From Ignicoccus pacificus DSM 13166 (lineage in GTDB: Archaea; Thermoproteota; Thermoprotei_A; Sulfolobales; Ignicoccaceae), in contig CP006868.1 of the NCBI GenBank assembly GCA_025340205.1, forward strand, positions 1,500,001 to 1,532,000: a stretch of 32,000 nucleotides of DNA, in the 5' to 3' direction. Below the pieces are notes generated by a model that saw only the letters and a list, made by a program, of their open reading frames with translations, ran no database searches and was not told the origin of the DNA. Of this stretch, positions 11,840 through 22,400 are shown in pieces; positions within the stretch are counted from its first letter, which is position 1; every line of letters begins with the position of its first letter. Position numbers and translations under genes: made by a program.

Positions 11840-12574
11840 TTGCTGATACCCATGCTATTCCTACACTTCCACGGTTCCTTGGCCTACTACTTACTAGCGA
11901 ATGGAACCCTCTGCGGCCCTCGCTGCTTGGCTCTGGGCGACCTGATGGGGGTCCCATACTTCGGAAAACTCATCGTTATTCCAAATGGAACCGAAGTGCT
12001 TTACCTAAACTACTCCTTAGATATTATAAGAAGGATCGAGATCGGTAGCTTCTATCCCTACGCATTTCCTTGGAAGAGGGGCTTGATCTTATGCTCTAGT
12101 GAATGCCTCTATTGGAGGAACGGGAAGGTTTTGTGGAAGGTGAACGTGGGCTGGACTAGAGCAGCTGCGCTCGACAAGTACCTAGTGGTAATAGGTACGG
12201 TGACGTATAAAGTTCTGGATCCTCGCAGCGGGAAGGTCCTCCTCGAAGGGGTGCTCTACAACCAGATGAGGACAGCCGCCTCGTGCGGTCCCTACGTAGC
12301 AGTTGGAGGGTTCTACAAGACAGCAATAATTGACGTTGAGTCAGGAAAGGTAAGGGTGCTCAACTTCGCAGCGAAGAGATATTTGGGTTTCGATGAAGGG
12401 TGCAAGGCTTTGGCGGCGGTAAATAGAAACGTAATAAAGGTATTCGACGTAGAAGGGAAGCTCCTCTTCTCAACTAGGGTTAAGTGGGAGGCAGTCACAG
12501 GGACGTGGAAGGGGGAGGAACTGGTGGTGGCGGACTTGAGGGGAGGCCTTCACTACCTCTTCAAGCTCAAGTGA
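11840..12574 (+). CDS. hypothetical beta-propeller-like (PQQ/BamB-like repeat) protein
   Basis: 244-aa ORF with a TTG start preceded by GGGAGGAG 1-2 nt upstream. It shows repeated strand-turn patterns (NGKVLWKVNVG, DPRSGKVLLEGV, DVESGKVRVLNF, DVEGKLLFSTRV). I recognise no specific family. Confidence 0.55.
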   Translation: MLIPMLFLHFHGSLAYYLLANGTLCGPRCLALGDLMGVPYFGKLIVIPNGTEVLYLNYSLDIIRRIEIGSFYPYAFPWKRGLILCSSECLYWRNGKVLWKVNVGWTRAAALDKYLVVIGTVTYKVLDPRSGKVLLEGVLYNQMRTAASCGPYVAVGGFYKTAIIDVESGKVRVLNFAAKRYLGFDEGCKALAAVNRNVIKVFDVEGKLLFSTRVKWEAVTGTWKGEELVVADLRGGLHYLFKLK

Positions 12575-14358
12575 GCACTAACTTCCTTCAAACACTCCTC
12601 AACGCTCGGGCCCTTTAATGGGGTCACCGAGCCCTCTACCTTCACCCACGCCCTCCCCTTGGTATCCTTGAAGAGGACTACCAGAAGTCCGTCTCCCTTT
12701 AGGTTCATGATGATCTCCTTCTCCCACTTCTCATTAATAGTCTTCCCATTGAAAATTACCTTTATCCCCTCGTCACTCTTTGCTACAACCCTCCCGGAGG
12801 CCTTGACGTAGCTACAGAGAGCTCCGCTGAAGCGGTCGGGATCTAAGCCGGGTCCGGGAGCCCAGTTCCAGAAGGAGCCCAAGTGGTCGCTGTAGTAAGC
12901 GTAGACCACTTTCCCCTTGAACCTTAAATTCTTGAAGAAGATGAATAGTACTTTGAACTGCGTCTCGTTCCAAGGTATTAGTTGCTTTACCATCCCTACC
13001 TTATCTCTCATTACGTAAACTATTATGTCATCGAAGTTAGTTATGGGAACGTAGAGCCTGTTGAAGAGTCTCCATCCGACCAAGCTAGCCGTGAGAACTA
13101 TAGCCCTCTTCCCGTCGAGCTGACCATCTTGGACTATGACCCAAGGAGGATAGGTTCCGGAGTAGAGGGTGCCAAGCCTATCGGCCATGTGGGTGAAGGC
13201 TCTGTCGGAGACCAATATGGGGAACTCCTCGGGAAGGGTCCTCATCTTCTCTAATAGGAGCTGTAAGTTGTGGTAGTGAGGGGAGGGAGAGGGCCAGGGG
13301 TAGAACTTGCTGAGTCCGGCAGCGCTAGGATATATCTCATTAAGGAGAGGCCTGAAGGCTCCGTTCAAGCTCAAAGGAGTTGGATCATAAACGATCATAA
13401 ATAGAAGAGTTAACGTTAAGATTATGTATGCTATGCTTCTCTCAGCAATTTTCTTCTTCAACTTCGATAGTCCTAAGGTCGCTCCAAAGTAGGTCAAGGG
13501 TAAGAGCATGTAGGGGTACTGAAAGCCGTAGGCGTAGTAGCTCCTTATTGGATACGCTATTAGCTCTCCTAAGGGAATCAAGTAAAGGAGGATTCCTTCT
13601 ATTGTAAGAAGGTTGACGTACGCTATGGGAAGGGGAAAGCTCAAGGAGTAGGCGAGCTTCTGAAGGTAACAGCAAGTTAAGCTTTCCAGGGTAAGAGTCT
13701 TCTTCTTTATGAACAAGTACTTACCTATTGGACTAAAGTGCGGTATTATTACGTTTATCGAAACGTATATCCATAGCGCTCCCATAATTAACAAGGCGAT
13801 GGCTCTTCTTAACCTCTTCTTTAATATATAGTACATACCCAAAGCTATCAACGCTATTCCAGCGTCTTCCTTAACGGTTAAGGATAGCAACGCCAGTAAG
13901 GGCCAGAAGGGGCTATCCTTTTCTAATAAGTAGATGGTGGCGGCTATGAGCAAGGGTCCTAAGGAGACCGGGTGGAAGTCGAAGGCGTTTATTCCATGGG
14001 TAGCGGGGTGAAGCAAATACGATATAGCTAGGACCAAGGCCAAGGTCTTTCCTATCTTCTCCTTTGAGAACATGTAGATGAAGGCTGAGGCTAGAGCTAA
14101 GGCGAAGGATTGAAGTATTAGCAAAGTCCTCGGATTAGGGAACAGCTTGTAGATCAGGCCGACGAGGAATAGTATTGGCTGATTATGAACCGCGAAGTGA
14201 GAGGCTCCTCCGAACTCCACGTTGTTCCAGAGGAGCAAGTTGTGCTCAGCAAAGGTGGCGGTCGATTGAGTGAATATTCCCATGTCGAACGCTCCCATTT
14301 GGAAGCGATCGAACCTGACCACGCTGTAGAGGCTGAACCAAGCGACGTAGAGCACCAT
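12553..14358 (-). CDS. DUF2079-family polytopic membrane protein (GT-C-like putative glycosyltransferase) with a C-terminal extracytoplasmic domain
   Basis: 601-aa ORF. The N-terminal FDRFQMGAFDMGIFTQS...GASHFAVHNQPILFL resembles the DUF2079 signature (fDLGiFdQ ... Hf.Pil). About 10 hydrophobic segments are followed by a soluble domain of about 250 aa. Confidence 0.7.
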   Translation of the reverse strand: MVLYVAWFSLYSVVRFDRFQMGAFDMGIFTQSTATFAEHNLLLWNNVEFGGASHFAVHNQPILFLVGLIYKLFPNPRTLLILQSFALALASAFIYMFSKEKIGKTLALVLAISYLLHPATHGINAFDFHPVSLGPLLIAATIYLLEKDSPFWPLLALLSLTVKEDAGIALIALGMYYILKKRLRRAIALLIMGALWIYVSINVIIPHFSPIGKYLFIKKKTLTLESLTCCYLQKLAYSLSFPLPIAYVNLLTIEGILLYLIPLGELIAYPIRSYYAYGFQYPYMLLPLTYFGATLGLSKLKKKIAERSIAYIILTLTLLFMIVYDPTPLSLNGAFRPLLNEIYPSAAGLSKFYPWPSPSPHYHNLQLLLEKMRTLPEEFPILVSDRAFTHMADRLGTLYSGTYPPWVIVQDGQLDGKRAIVLTASLVGWRLFNRLYVPITNFDDIIVYVMRDKVGMVKQLIPWNETQFKVLFIFFKNLRFKGKVVYAYYSDHLGSFWNWAPGPGLDPDRFSGALCSYVKASGRVVAKSDEGIKVIFNGKTINEKWEKEIIMNLKGDGLLVVLFKDTKGRAWVKVEGSVTPLKGPSVEECLKEVSAHLSLKR

Positions 14359-14457
14359 GGCTAGTATCAGAACGAGCTCCTCCTTCCCTATCTTCGGTTC
14401 AGAAAAGGAACTCCCTCTCTGAATACTCCCTACCTAGAGGGGAAGGCGGTCAAAGGA

Positions 14458-15246
14458 TTGAAGTACGCTATCGTTGGAGGTTGGGGGTACTTAGGGGTCA
14501 ACTTGGTGGATCTCCTGAACTCTTGCATAATTACCAGGAGGAGCTCGGCAAAGAGAAGGCCTTTCTTGAAAAAGTACTTCGAGGATAAGGAGGTCTATTT
14601 CGTCGATGACATAGGCGAGATAGGAGGGGCTTTGGAGGACTGCGGGGCGGACGTCCTGGTTTACGCCGTCGGAAAGCTAAAGGGAAGCGAGGAGGAAATG
14701 AGGGAAGCTCACGTTACCAAAGCATTAGAGGCGTTAAAAGCGGCTAAGGAGCTAGGATTGAAATACGTTTACATAAGCTCAGTAGCTGCAATGGGAATAG
14801 CTGAGAGGTGTTCAAAGAACTTGATTATTAGCGAGGAGGAAGAGCACTTGAAGGGGTGCGAGCCCGCCGGGCCTTACTCGAAGACGAAGATGGAAGGGGA
14901 GAGGGCTCTCCTTAAGGAGGATCCGTCAATAGGCATAGTAAGGCCTGCCCTCATATGGGGAGACAAGTACTACCATATAGAACAGAAGCTCCTAAGGATC
15001 GCTAAGAAGTACCGGATACCTTGGTTCAACGTGAGCGTGAGCACCATACCGTGCATCGCTAGGGGAATAGAAGAGTCGTTGAGGGGAGGGTGGTACCTCA
15101 CCGTGGATACGGACCTCAAGGGAGTGGGGATAAGGGCGCTTGATTGGAGACCTTCCTACTCTTTAATAAAGAAAGTTCCGGGTGACCTAAAGATGATGCT
15201 CTCCTCATTCCGCTATCGCTACCGTTCGAGGAATCTCAAGTGCTGA
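14458..15246 (+). CDS. NAD(P)-dependent epimerase/dehydratase-family (extended SDR) protein
   Basis: 262-aa ORF with a TTG start. It has a Rossmann motif IVGGWGYLGVNLV and a catalytic YxxxK (GPYSKTKMEGE). Confidence 0.75.
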   Translation: MKYAIVGGWGYLGVNLVDLLNSCIITRRSSAKRRPFLKKYFEDKEVYFVDDIGEIGGALEDCGADVLVYAVGKLKGSEEEMREAHVTKALEALKAAKELGLKYVYISSVAAMGIAERCSKNLIISEEEEHLKGCEPAGPYSKTKMEGERALLKEDPSIGIVRPALIWGDKYYHIEQKLLRIAKKYRIPWFNVSVSTIPCIARGIEESLRGGWYLTVDTDLKGVGIRALDWRPSYSLIKKVPGDLKMMLSSFRYRYRSRNLKC

Positions 15247-16705
15247 GCTTCGTGTTGTGAATACCCCTTCCCTCCACCCTTATCTTCGCGTAAGTCCTCA
15301 CCACCCCTCCTTCAACCTCTCTTAGGAGCTCATCTATCTTCTCGAAGATCGCCGCTAGCTGGAAGACGTAATAGGTCACGTCGCTCGCCTTCTGAGTGCT
15401 GAGCTCGTAGCTCCTCCGGATCCATATAAGCGGGGCTATCTTGGCCAAGGGGGTTCTCTTCCACGTCTCCTTTATCCCGAAGTCCTCCGTGACCAAGTAA
15501 CTGTTCTCTAAAACTAAAGCGTCCAGCTGGAGGAAGGCCTTGTCACAGAGGTCCGGAGGACTGGGGTGCTCGAGCTTCAAGGCTGATACTTCATCCGCTA
15601 GCACCCAAGCGAGCTGGCCTACTAGGTCGTACTTGTTCCTAGACCTCTTTACGGCTTCCGTGTACTTGTGAACGAGCTCGTAGACGGCACATCTAGGAAC
15701 CTTGACGTTGAAGCCTTTATGGTAATAATTCAAGAATCCCAAGAATATTGCAGATGAGTCCAGTATCAAGGCCTTGTCATCCCTCTTCAGCTCGAAGCTT
15801 CTTCCCTCCATCTCCAGTTCCATTCCTAAGAGCCCTGAGGTCCAGAAGACGCTCTTGAATCCCTCCAAGTTCAAGTTATAATTGCTTAGGACGTTATCCA
15901 AGTTGCTCATAACCTTTAACGCCTTACTGACCTCCCTTCCTATCCCACCTAAATCTTTCTTACTCATTATATCATCATTTGATATCTTTAAGTTGAAGTT
16001 TGCTATTTTACACTCGTAGAACTCCTTCCCCCATCTGCTCTCCTCCTTACAATGATTGATGTTCGAGTAGATCCTCTTGTCCTTCAATATCCTTATCCCT
16101 ACCTCCACGTCCACTTCAACGGGCTCGCACCTCTCTCCCTTACCCGAATAACATCTTTCCTTTACGTTTGCATTAACCTTCTTTATTAGCTCTCCCACCT
16201 TTTCCTTTAGATGACCCTTGCCTCTCTTCCCTTCCGCCCTTACAGCGACGTTCCTCATATCTTGGGGGAACTCGACCTCGTAGGCCACGACCTTTTGGTA
16301 CTGCCTAGGCACGTATGGGAACGTCATCCCACTCCACATGCCGTATGGGAAGGTGATGTGGATGAGGCGATCAAAGGCCTTGGAAGCGGCGGCTGCTGTG
16401 CTGGAGCCGGCTGAGGATATTATCGCCGTGTCTACCCCAAAGCCCTCCTTGGCCCTCTTGAATTCTTCTATTCTGTCGCTGAGAGGTGAGGGATCCCCTA
16501 AGACTTCCTTCATCACCTCTACCTTGTCTCCCAACGTCTTCTCGAGCAGTTCCTTTATCCTCTCAGCGTTATCCTTTCCGTTAGGAGTGTATAGTAATAC
16601 AAAGTCCTTAGCATTGAGGTTGAGCTCCTCTGCGACCCTCAAGGTAGAAGATATCGCTGAGTTCAGGTTGGTAGGGCCCCCGCTGATTATCACTGCAACC
16701 TTCAA
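15236..16705 (-). CDS. uncharacterised multidomain protein: Rossmann-like (possibly CARF-like) N-terminus plus a C-terminal PIN-like nuclease domain
   Basis: 489-aa ORF. The N-terminus alternates strands and helices (KVAVIISGGPT, DFVLLYTP, KVEVMKEV, DTAIISSAGSSTAAA). The C-terminal part carries a PIN-like acidic quartet: LILDSSAI, VYELVHK, LCDKAFLQLD and LVTEDFG. The reading frame is long and clean. Confidence 0.7.
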   Translation of the reverse strand: MKVAVIISGGPTNLNSAISSTLRVAEELNLNAKDFVLLYTPNGKDNAERIKELLEKTLGDKVEVMKEVLGDPSPLSDRIEEFKRAKEGFGVDTAIISSAGSSTAAAASKAFDRLIHITFPYGMWSGMTFPYVPRQYQKVVAYEVEFPQDMRNVAVRAEGKRGKGHLKEKVGELIKKVNANVKERCYSGKGERCEPVEVDVEVGIRILKDKRIYSNINHCKEESRWGKEFYECKIANFNLKISNDDIMSKKDLGGIGREVSKALKVMSNLDNVLSNYNLNLEGFKSVFWTSGLLGMELEMEGRSFELKRDDKALILDSSAIFLGFLNYYHKGFNVKVPRCAVYELVHKYTEAVKRSRNKYDLVGQLAWVLADEVSALKLEHPSPPDLCDKAFLQLDALVLENSYLVTEDFGIKETWKRTPLAKIAPLIWIRRSYELSTQKASDVTYYVFQLAAIFEKIDELLREVEGGVVRTYAKIRVEGRGIHNTKLST

Positions 16706-16803
16706 GGCTCTAACTCCCTCTTCTCCTCGACACTCAACGTTGAAATGTCAAGCATCTCCAAAGTTCACATAAGCTGAAATGGTATGCCTCAAAGGTGTAC
16801 CTC

Positions 16804-17053
16804 ATGACCTCCAGAGCGGTTACAGTCAAAGTCGATGAGAAGATGATTGAGTTTGCAGAGGAAGTGGTTAAGCTAGGCTTGGCTAAGAGTAGGAACCAAG
16901 CCCTAGTAAAGATGTTGAATTTTGGGAGTGGAGATCTTGAAGGAAGAGGTGGAGAGAAGGAGGAAGGTTAAGGAACTGGTGGAGAGGTTCAAGAAGGAGG
17001 GGGTGCCCTACCCCCTCCCGAGGATCGAAGACGTGGAGACGGGGAGGGAATGA
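16804..17053 (+). pseudogene. vapB: vapB-like ribbon-helix-helix antitoxin, frameshifted
   Basis: The ATG at 16804 gives MTSRAVTVKVDEKMIEFAEEVVKLGLAKSRNQALVKMLNFGSG..., ending at a stop at 16969-16971. The +1 frame continues EILKEEVERRRKVKELVERFKKEGVPYPLPRIEDVETGRE to a stop at 17051-17053. That stop overlaps the next gene's ATG by 4 nt (ATGA), which is typical toxin-antitoxin coupling. Confidence 0.6.
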
Positions 17054-17461
17054 CTTACTTGGACACTAACGTAATAGTTTCTTACATCAACCCCGAGGAC
17101 CTCCTTACATGGTAGAGCCGTCACCCTCGTCTCATCCCTTAAGAGGAGGTACGCATCGAAGCTGGTCAAGCCTGAGCCCTACTCCGTCTTCTCGAGGATA
17201 TCTGGCGTTAGGGAATTGGAACTGGAGGCCTTGGTGGAGTACAGCATGGAGGAAGTGGGAGCGGAGCTGAAGGAGACGGACGTTAACGAAGCGATAATGA
17301 GAGTTATGAGGTACTCTGGCGACTTAAAGCTAAAGACCTTGGATCTCCTTCACGATATCTTGTCCTCGATGATAGACGAGTCAATAGTTATGTTCAACAA
17401 GGACATATTGAAGAAGAGGAGATTCGTTGAAGAGTTGCTTGGGATACAAGTAGTAAGGTAA
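17050..17461 (+). pseudogene. vapC: vapC-like PIN-domain toxin, frameshifted
   Basis: The ATG at 17050 gives MTYLDTNVIVSYINPEDLLTW, then a stop at 17113-17115. The +1 frame from about 17108 continues HGRAVTLVSSLKRRYASKLVKPEPYSVFSR...LKLKTLDLLHDILSS...FNKDILKKRRFVEELLGIQVVR to 17461. The ORF track shows only the last 81 aa. Together this is a PIN-like layout of about 137 aa (YLDTN ... TLDLLH ...). Confidence 0.6.
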
Positions 17462-17540
17462 GTACATCGTTTTTCATTTTCATTGTAAGCGGAGGAATTG
17501 ACCGAACCTTCATCGATCAGATGTAGGATCGAGGAGTGTG

Positions 17541-17605
17541 AGGGGCCGTGTCCGCCGACAAGGCGGGGAGGAATGCGCCTCTCGCTATGCGGGCCCCTCC
17601 GGCCC
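17541..17605 (-). other. 16S pre-rRNA processing stem, 3'-flank strand (contains a BHB bulge)
   Basis: Complementary to 19096-19156 (AGGGGCCGUGUCCGCCGACAAGGCGGG... on both strands). The ORF track mirrors it with the peptide RGRVRRQGG in frames on both strands. Confidence 0.8.
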
Positions 17606-17630
17606 CTACCCCGGAGGACCGCTTGCTATT

Positions 17631-19066
<1,436 letters not shown>

Positions 19067-19095
19067 CGCGGCCGCAAGGGCCGGCGGGGGCGGGA

Positions 19096-19156
19096 GGCCG
19101 GAGGGACCCGCTTTTAGCGGGCGCTTCCTCCCGCCTTGTCGGCGGACACGGCCCCT
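19096..19156 (-). other. 16S pre-rRNA processing stem, 5'-flank strand (contains a BHB bulge)
   Basis: RNA sense reads AGGGGCCGUGUCCGCCGACAAGGCGGGAGGAAGCGCC-CGCU-AAA-AGCGGGUCCCUCCGGCC. It pairs with 17541-17605, which carries the opposing AGA bulge. Confidence 0.8.
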
Positions 19157-19205
19157 GTCGGTCCGGGCCTCTGCCCGGACCCCATTCGTCTCGGTAATCG
19201 TGCTT

Positions 19206-19288
19206 CGCTCCCGGGCCCGCCCCGCCGGGTTCTCCCCGGCCCCGGGCGGCGCCCTCCGTGTCTCCCCTAGGGGGGTGGGGATAATAAA
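19206..19288 (-). promoter_or_regulatory. rRNA promoter/leader repeat, copy B (upstream of 16S)
   Basis: Identical to 11581-11663. The TATA-like TTTATTAT lies at 19288-19281 (minus sense) and is preceded by GTAAAA, a BRE-like A-rich stretch. Confidence 0.75.
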
Positions 19289-19483
19289 TTTTACGCCCCG
19301 ATGAGACCGGGCGATTAAACTTTCTAAACTGTCCCTTTCCTCAATTGCAAAATGTGAATAGAAAACGGAGTCTACTAATTTCAGTATTACAACGCTGAGG
19401 GAACGATCCCTTTTGGATTGGTTGACGTGGATCGCTGAGGTCACATATTTACTCTACCGACTCTCCACCGTGGGGACCCATCG

Positions 19484-22400
19484 GTGCAGAGGGAGTTCAT
19501 CAGTTACCTCAACGAGATATCTAAGAAGTGGAGGAAGAAGTGGGAGGAGGCAAAGCTGTTTGAAGCGGAGGTGAGCGATAAGCCCAAGTTCTTCATTACA
19601 GCAGCCTTCCCCTATCCCAACAGTCCGATGCACCTAGGCCATTCAAGGACCTATAGCATAACTGACGCTTATGCTAGATTTAAGAGAATGCAAGGGTTCA
19701 ACGTGCTCTTCCCAATGGGCTTCCACTACACGGGAACTCCAATTATTGCAATGGCAGAGAAGGTGAAAATAGCTAATGAAATATTGGAAAAGGTAAAGGA
19801 GAAGGAAGATCCGGTGGCATTCCTCAGAGCTGTCTGGGAGAGCGCTAGGGCTTGTAGCAAGGAGACCGGGAGGAAGCTGGGAGACTGTTTCGAGGAGGCT
19901 CTCAACTCCCAACTCGAGAGGCTAGGACTGGGAAAGGTCAGCAAGACCCAAGCGGAAGCTGTAATGCAGACAGCTCTCTTCCTCTTCATGTTCGACTTAC
20001 CCTACGAAGACATAGTCAAGCTAACCGATCCTCTAGCTATGGCGGATTACTTCGCTTCGATAACTGAGGAAAGCATGAAAGAAATGGGATATATGATAGA
20101 CTGGAGGAGGAAGTTCAGGACTATAGACCCTGACTTCCAGAAGTTCATAGTCTGGCAGTTCACGGTCCTCCAGAAGCTGGGATACGTGGAGAAGGGGACC
20201 CATCCGGTAGCTTGGGACCCCGTCTACAACACCCCGGTCAGCCAGCACGACACCATGGGGGACGTGGAACCGGAGATAGAGGACTACGACGTAATATTAT
20301 TCAAGCTCAAGGATGAAGACTTGTACTTACCTGCCGCCACCCTCAGGGCTGAGACCGTCTTCGGAGTTACTAACGTGTGGCTCAACCCTAATGTAGAGTA
20401 CAAGGTAGTAGAAGTGGAAGGAAAGAAGTGGCTCCTCAGTCCTAAGGCGGCTTACAAGATAAAGTACCAGAAGGACGAAGTTAAGGAAGTGGGAGTAGTT
20501 AAGGGCTCCGAGCTCTTGAAGAAGCTAGCTGTGAACCCGGCGACTGGGGATGAGGTGCCGATCTTACCAGCTACCTTCGTGGACCCCAACGTGGCTACCG
20601 GCGTAGTAATGAGCGTTCCGGCCCACGCTCCCTTCGACTACGTAGCATTAAAGGACCTGGAGAAGGATCCGGAGTACTCGGAGATGGTGAAGAACATAGA
20701 AATAATTCCAGTCATCGAAGTTCCAGGAATGGATGAACCGACGGCAGTCGCAATAGTGAAGAAGATGGGTATAAAGAGTCAAGAGGAAAAGGAGAAGCTC
20801 GAGGAGGCGACGAAGGAGGTCTACGCTTTAGAGTATAGAAAGGGGAGGATGAGGGAGGACGTCTTAGAGAGGGCCGAGAAGCTCGGAGGAAAGCCCTTAG
20901 TAGGAGCTCTGAAGGTCTTGATGGCGAAGAAGCCGGTTCCGGAAGCGAGAGAACTAACCGCTAACTGGCTGAGCGCGTTCGGAAGAGGAGACAAGTTCTA
21001 TGAAATAAAGAACGGACCCGTCTACTCTAGATTCGGAAATGAAGTAGTGGCCAAGATCCTCAAGGATCAGTGGTTCTTGAACTACGGAGATCCTCAGTGG
21101 AAGGCCTTGGCCAGGAAGCTCTTGGCCCAGATGAGGATTGTTCCTGAGAAGTTCCGCAAGGACTTCGAGGAAACGATAGAGTGGCTTCAGAGGAGGGCTT
21201 GCGCCAGGACTAGAGGCCTAGGGACTCCTCTGCCTTGGGATCCCAAGTGGATAATAGAGAGCTTGAGCGACTCCACGATATACATGGCATTCTACACGGT
21301 AGACCACATACTTAGGAGTGCCAAGGTTGATCCCGAAAAGCTTCAGCCCGAGGTGTGGGACTACATACTGCTCGGAAAGGGAGAGGTCGAGAAGATAGCC
21401 GAGAAGTACGGAATTGATGAGGAGGTCTTAGAGAAAGCCAGAGAGAGCTTCAGCTACTGGTACCCCCTCGACTCCAGGCACTCCGGAAAGGACCTAATAA
21501 AGAACCACTTGACGTTCTTCATATTCAACCACGCAGCGATATTCCCGGAGGACCTCTGGCCGAGGCAGATAGTGGTAAACGGTTTCGTGACCCTTCAAGG
21601 ACAGAAGATGAGCAAGAGCTTAGGGAACATAATACCGCTGTACAAGGCCACCAGGATATACTCTCCAGACGTCATAAGGCTGGGACTCCTCTACGGAGCC
21701 GAGCTAGGCAGCGATGCTGATTTTAATGAGCAAGTAGTCGACAGGATTCTCGAGAACTTGAAGGAGATAAAGGAAATAGTTGAGATGGTCAAGGAATTTG
21801 GCGAAGTAGAGAAGCCTCAGGAGCTTCACGTTCTAGACTCTTGGTTGCTAAGCAGCTTCATCCACGACGTGGACGAGGTAACGCAAGCGATGGAGGACCT
21901 GAGGACCAGAAGCGCTTCCAACACCATATACTTCATACTGCTGAACAAGATAAAGGAGTACTTGAAGGACGTAAAGGCCTCGGGAAGGGAAGACGATCAG
22001 AGCGTCAAGTGGGTGCTCAAGTACATAGTCGACAGGTGGGTAAGGATGATGGTGCCCTTCACTCCCTACTTCGCCGAGGAGATGTGGCACCTGCTGGGTC
22101 ATGAGGGCTTCGTGCTCAACGAACCATGGCCTATAGCTGAGAGGGAACTGGTGGACCTAATTGCTATAGCTAGCAAGGAGTACGTTGATACGCTAATAGA
22201 GGACATAAAGGAGATAATCAGGGTAGCTAAGATAGAGAATCCGAAAAGGGTTAGGATAGTTGTGGCTCCCAAGGAGGCTCAAGAGATGCTGAGGCTAGCG
22301 GTAAAGCTGGCCAAGGAGGGTAAGGGAATGAGAGAGTTCATGGCCGAAGGAGTAAAGATCTACGGGAAGAGGGCTGCTAAGGACTTGAAGAGGATATTCA

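Noticed and set aside
19289-19483. Intergenic region between the 16S promoter and leuS, checked for a C/D-box sRNA. It contains GATGAGA and two CTGAGG motifs.
   Set aside because: The spacing of the box-like motifs, over 90 nt, does not fit a C/D sRNA. It is more likely a divergent promoter region.
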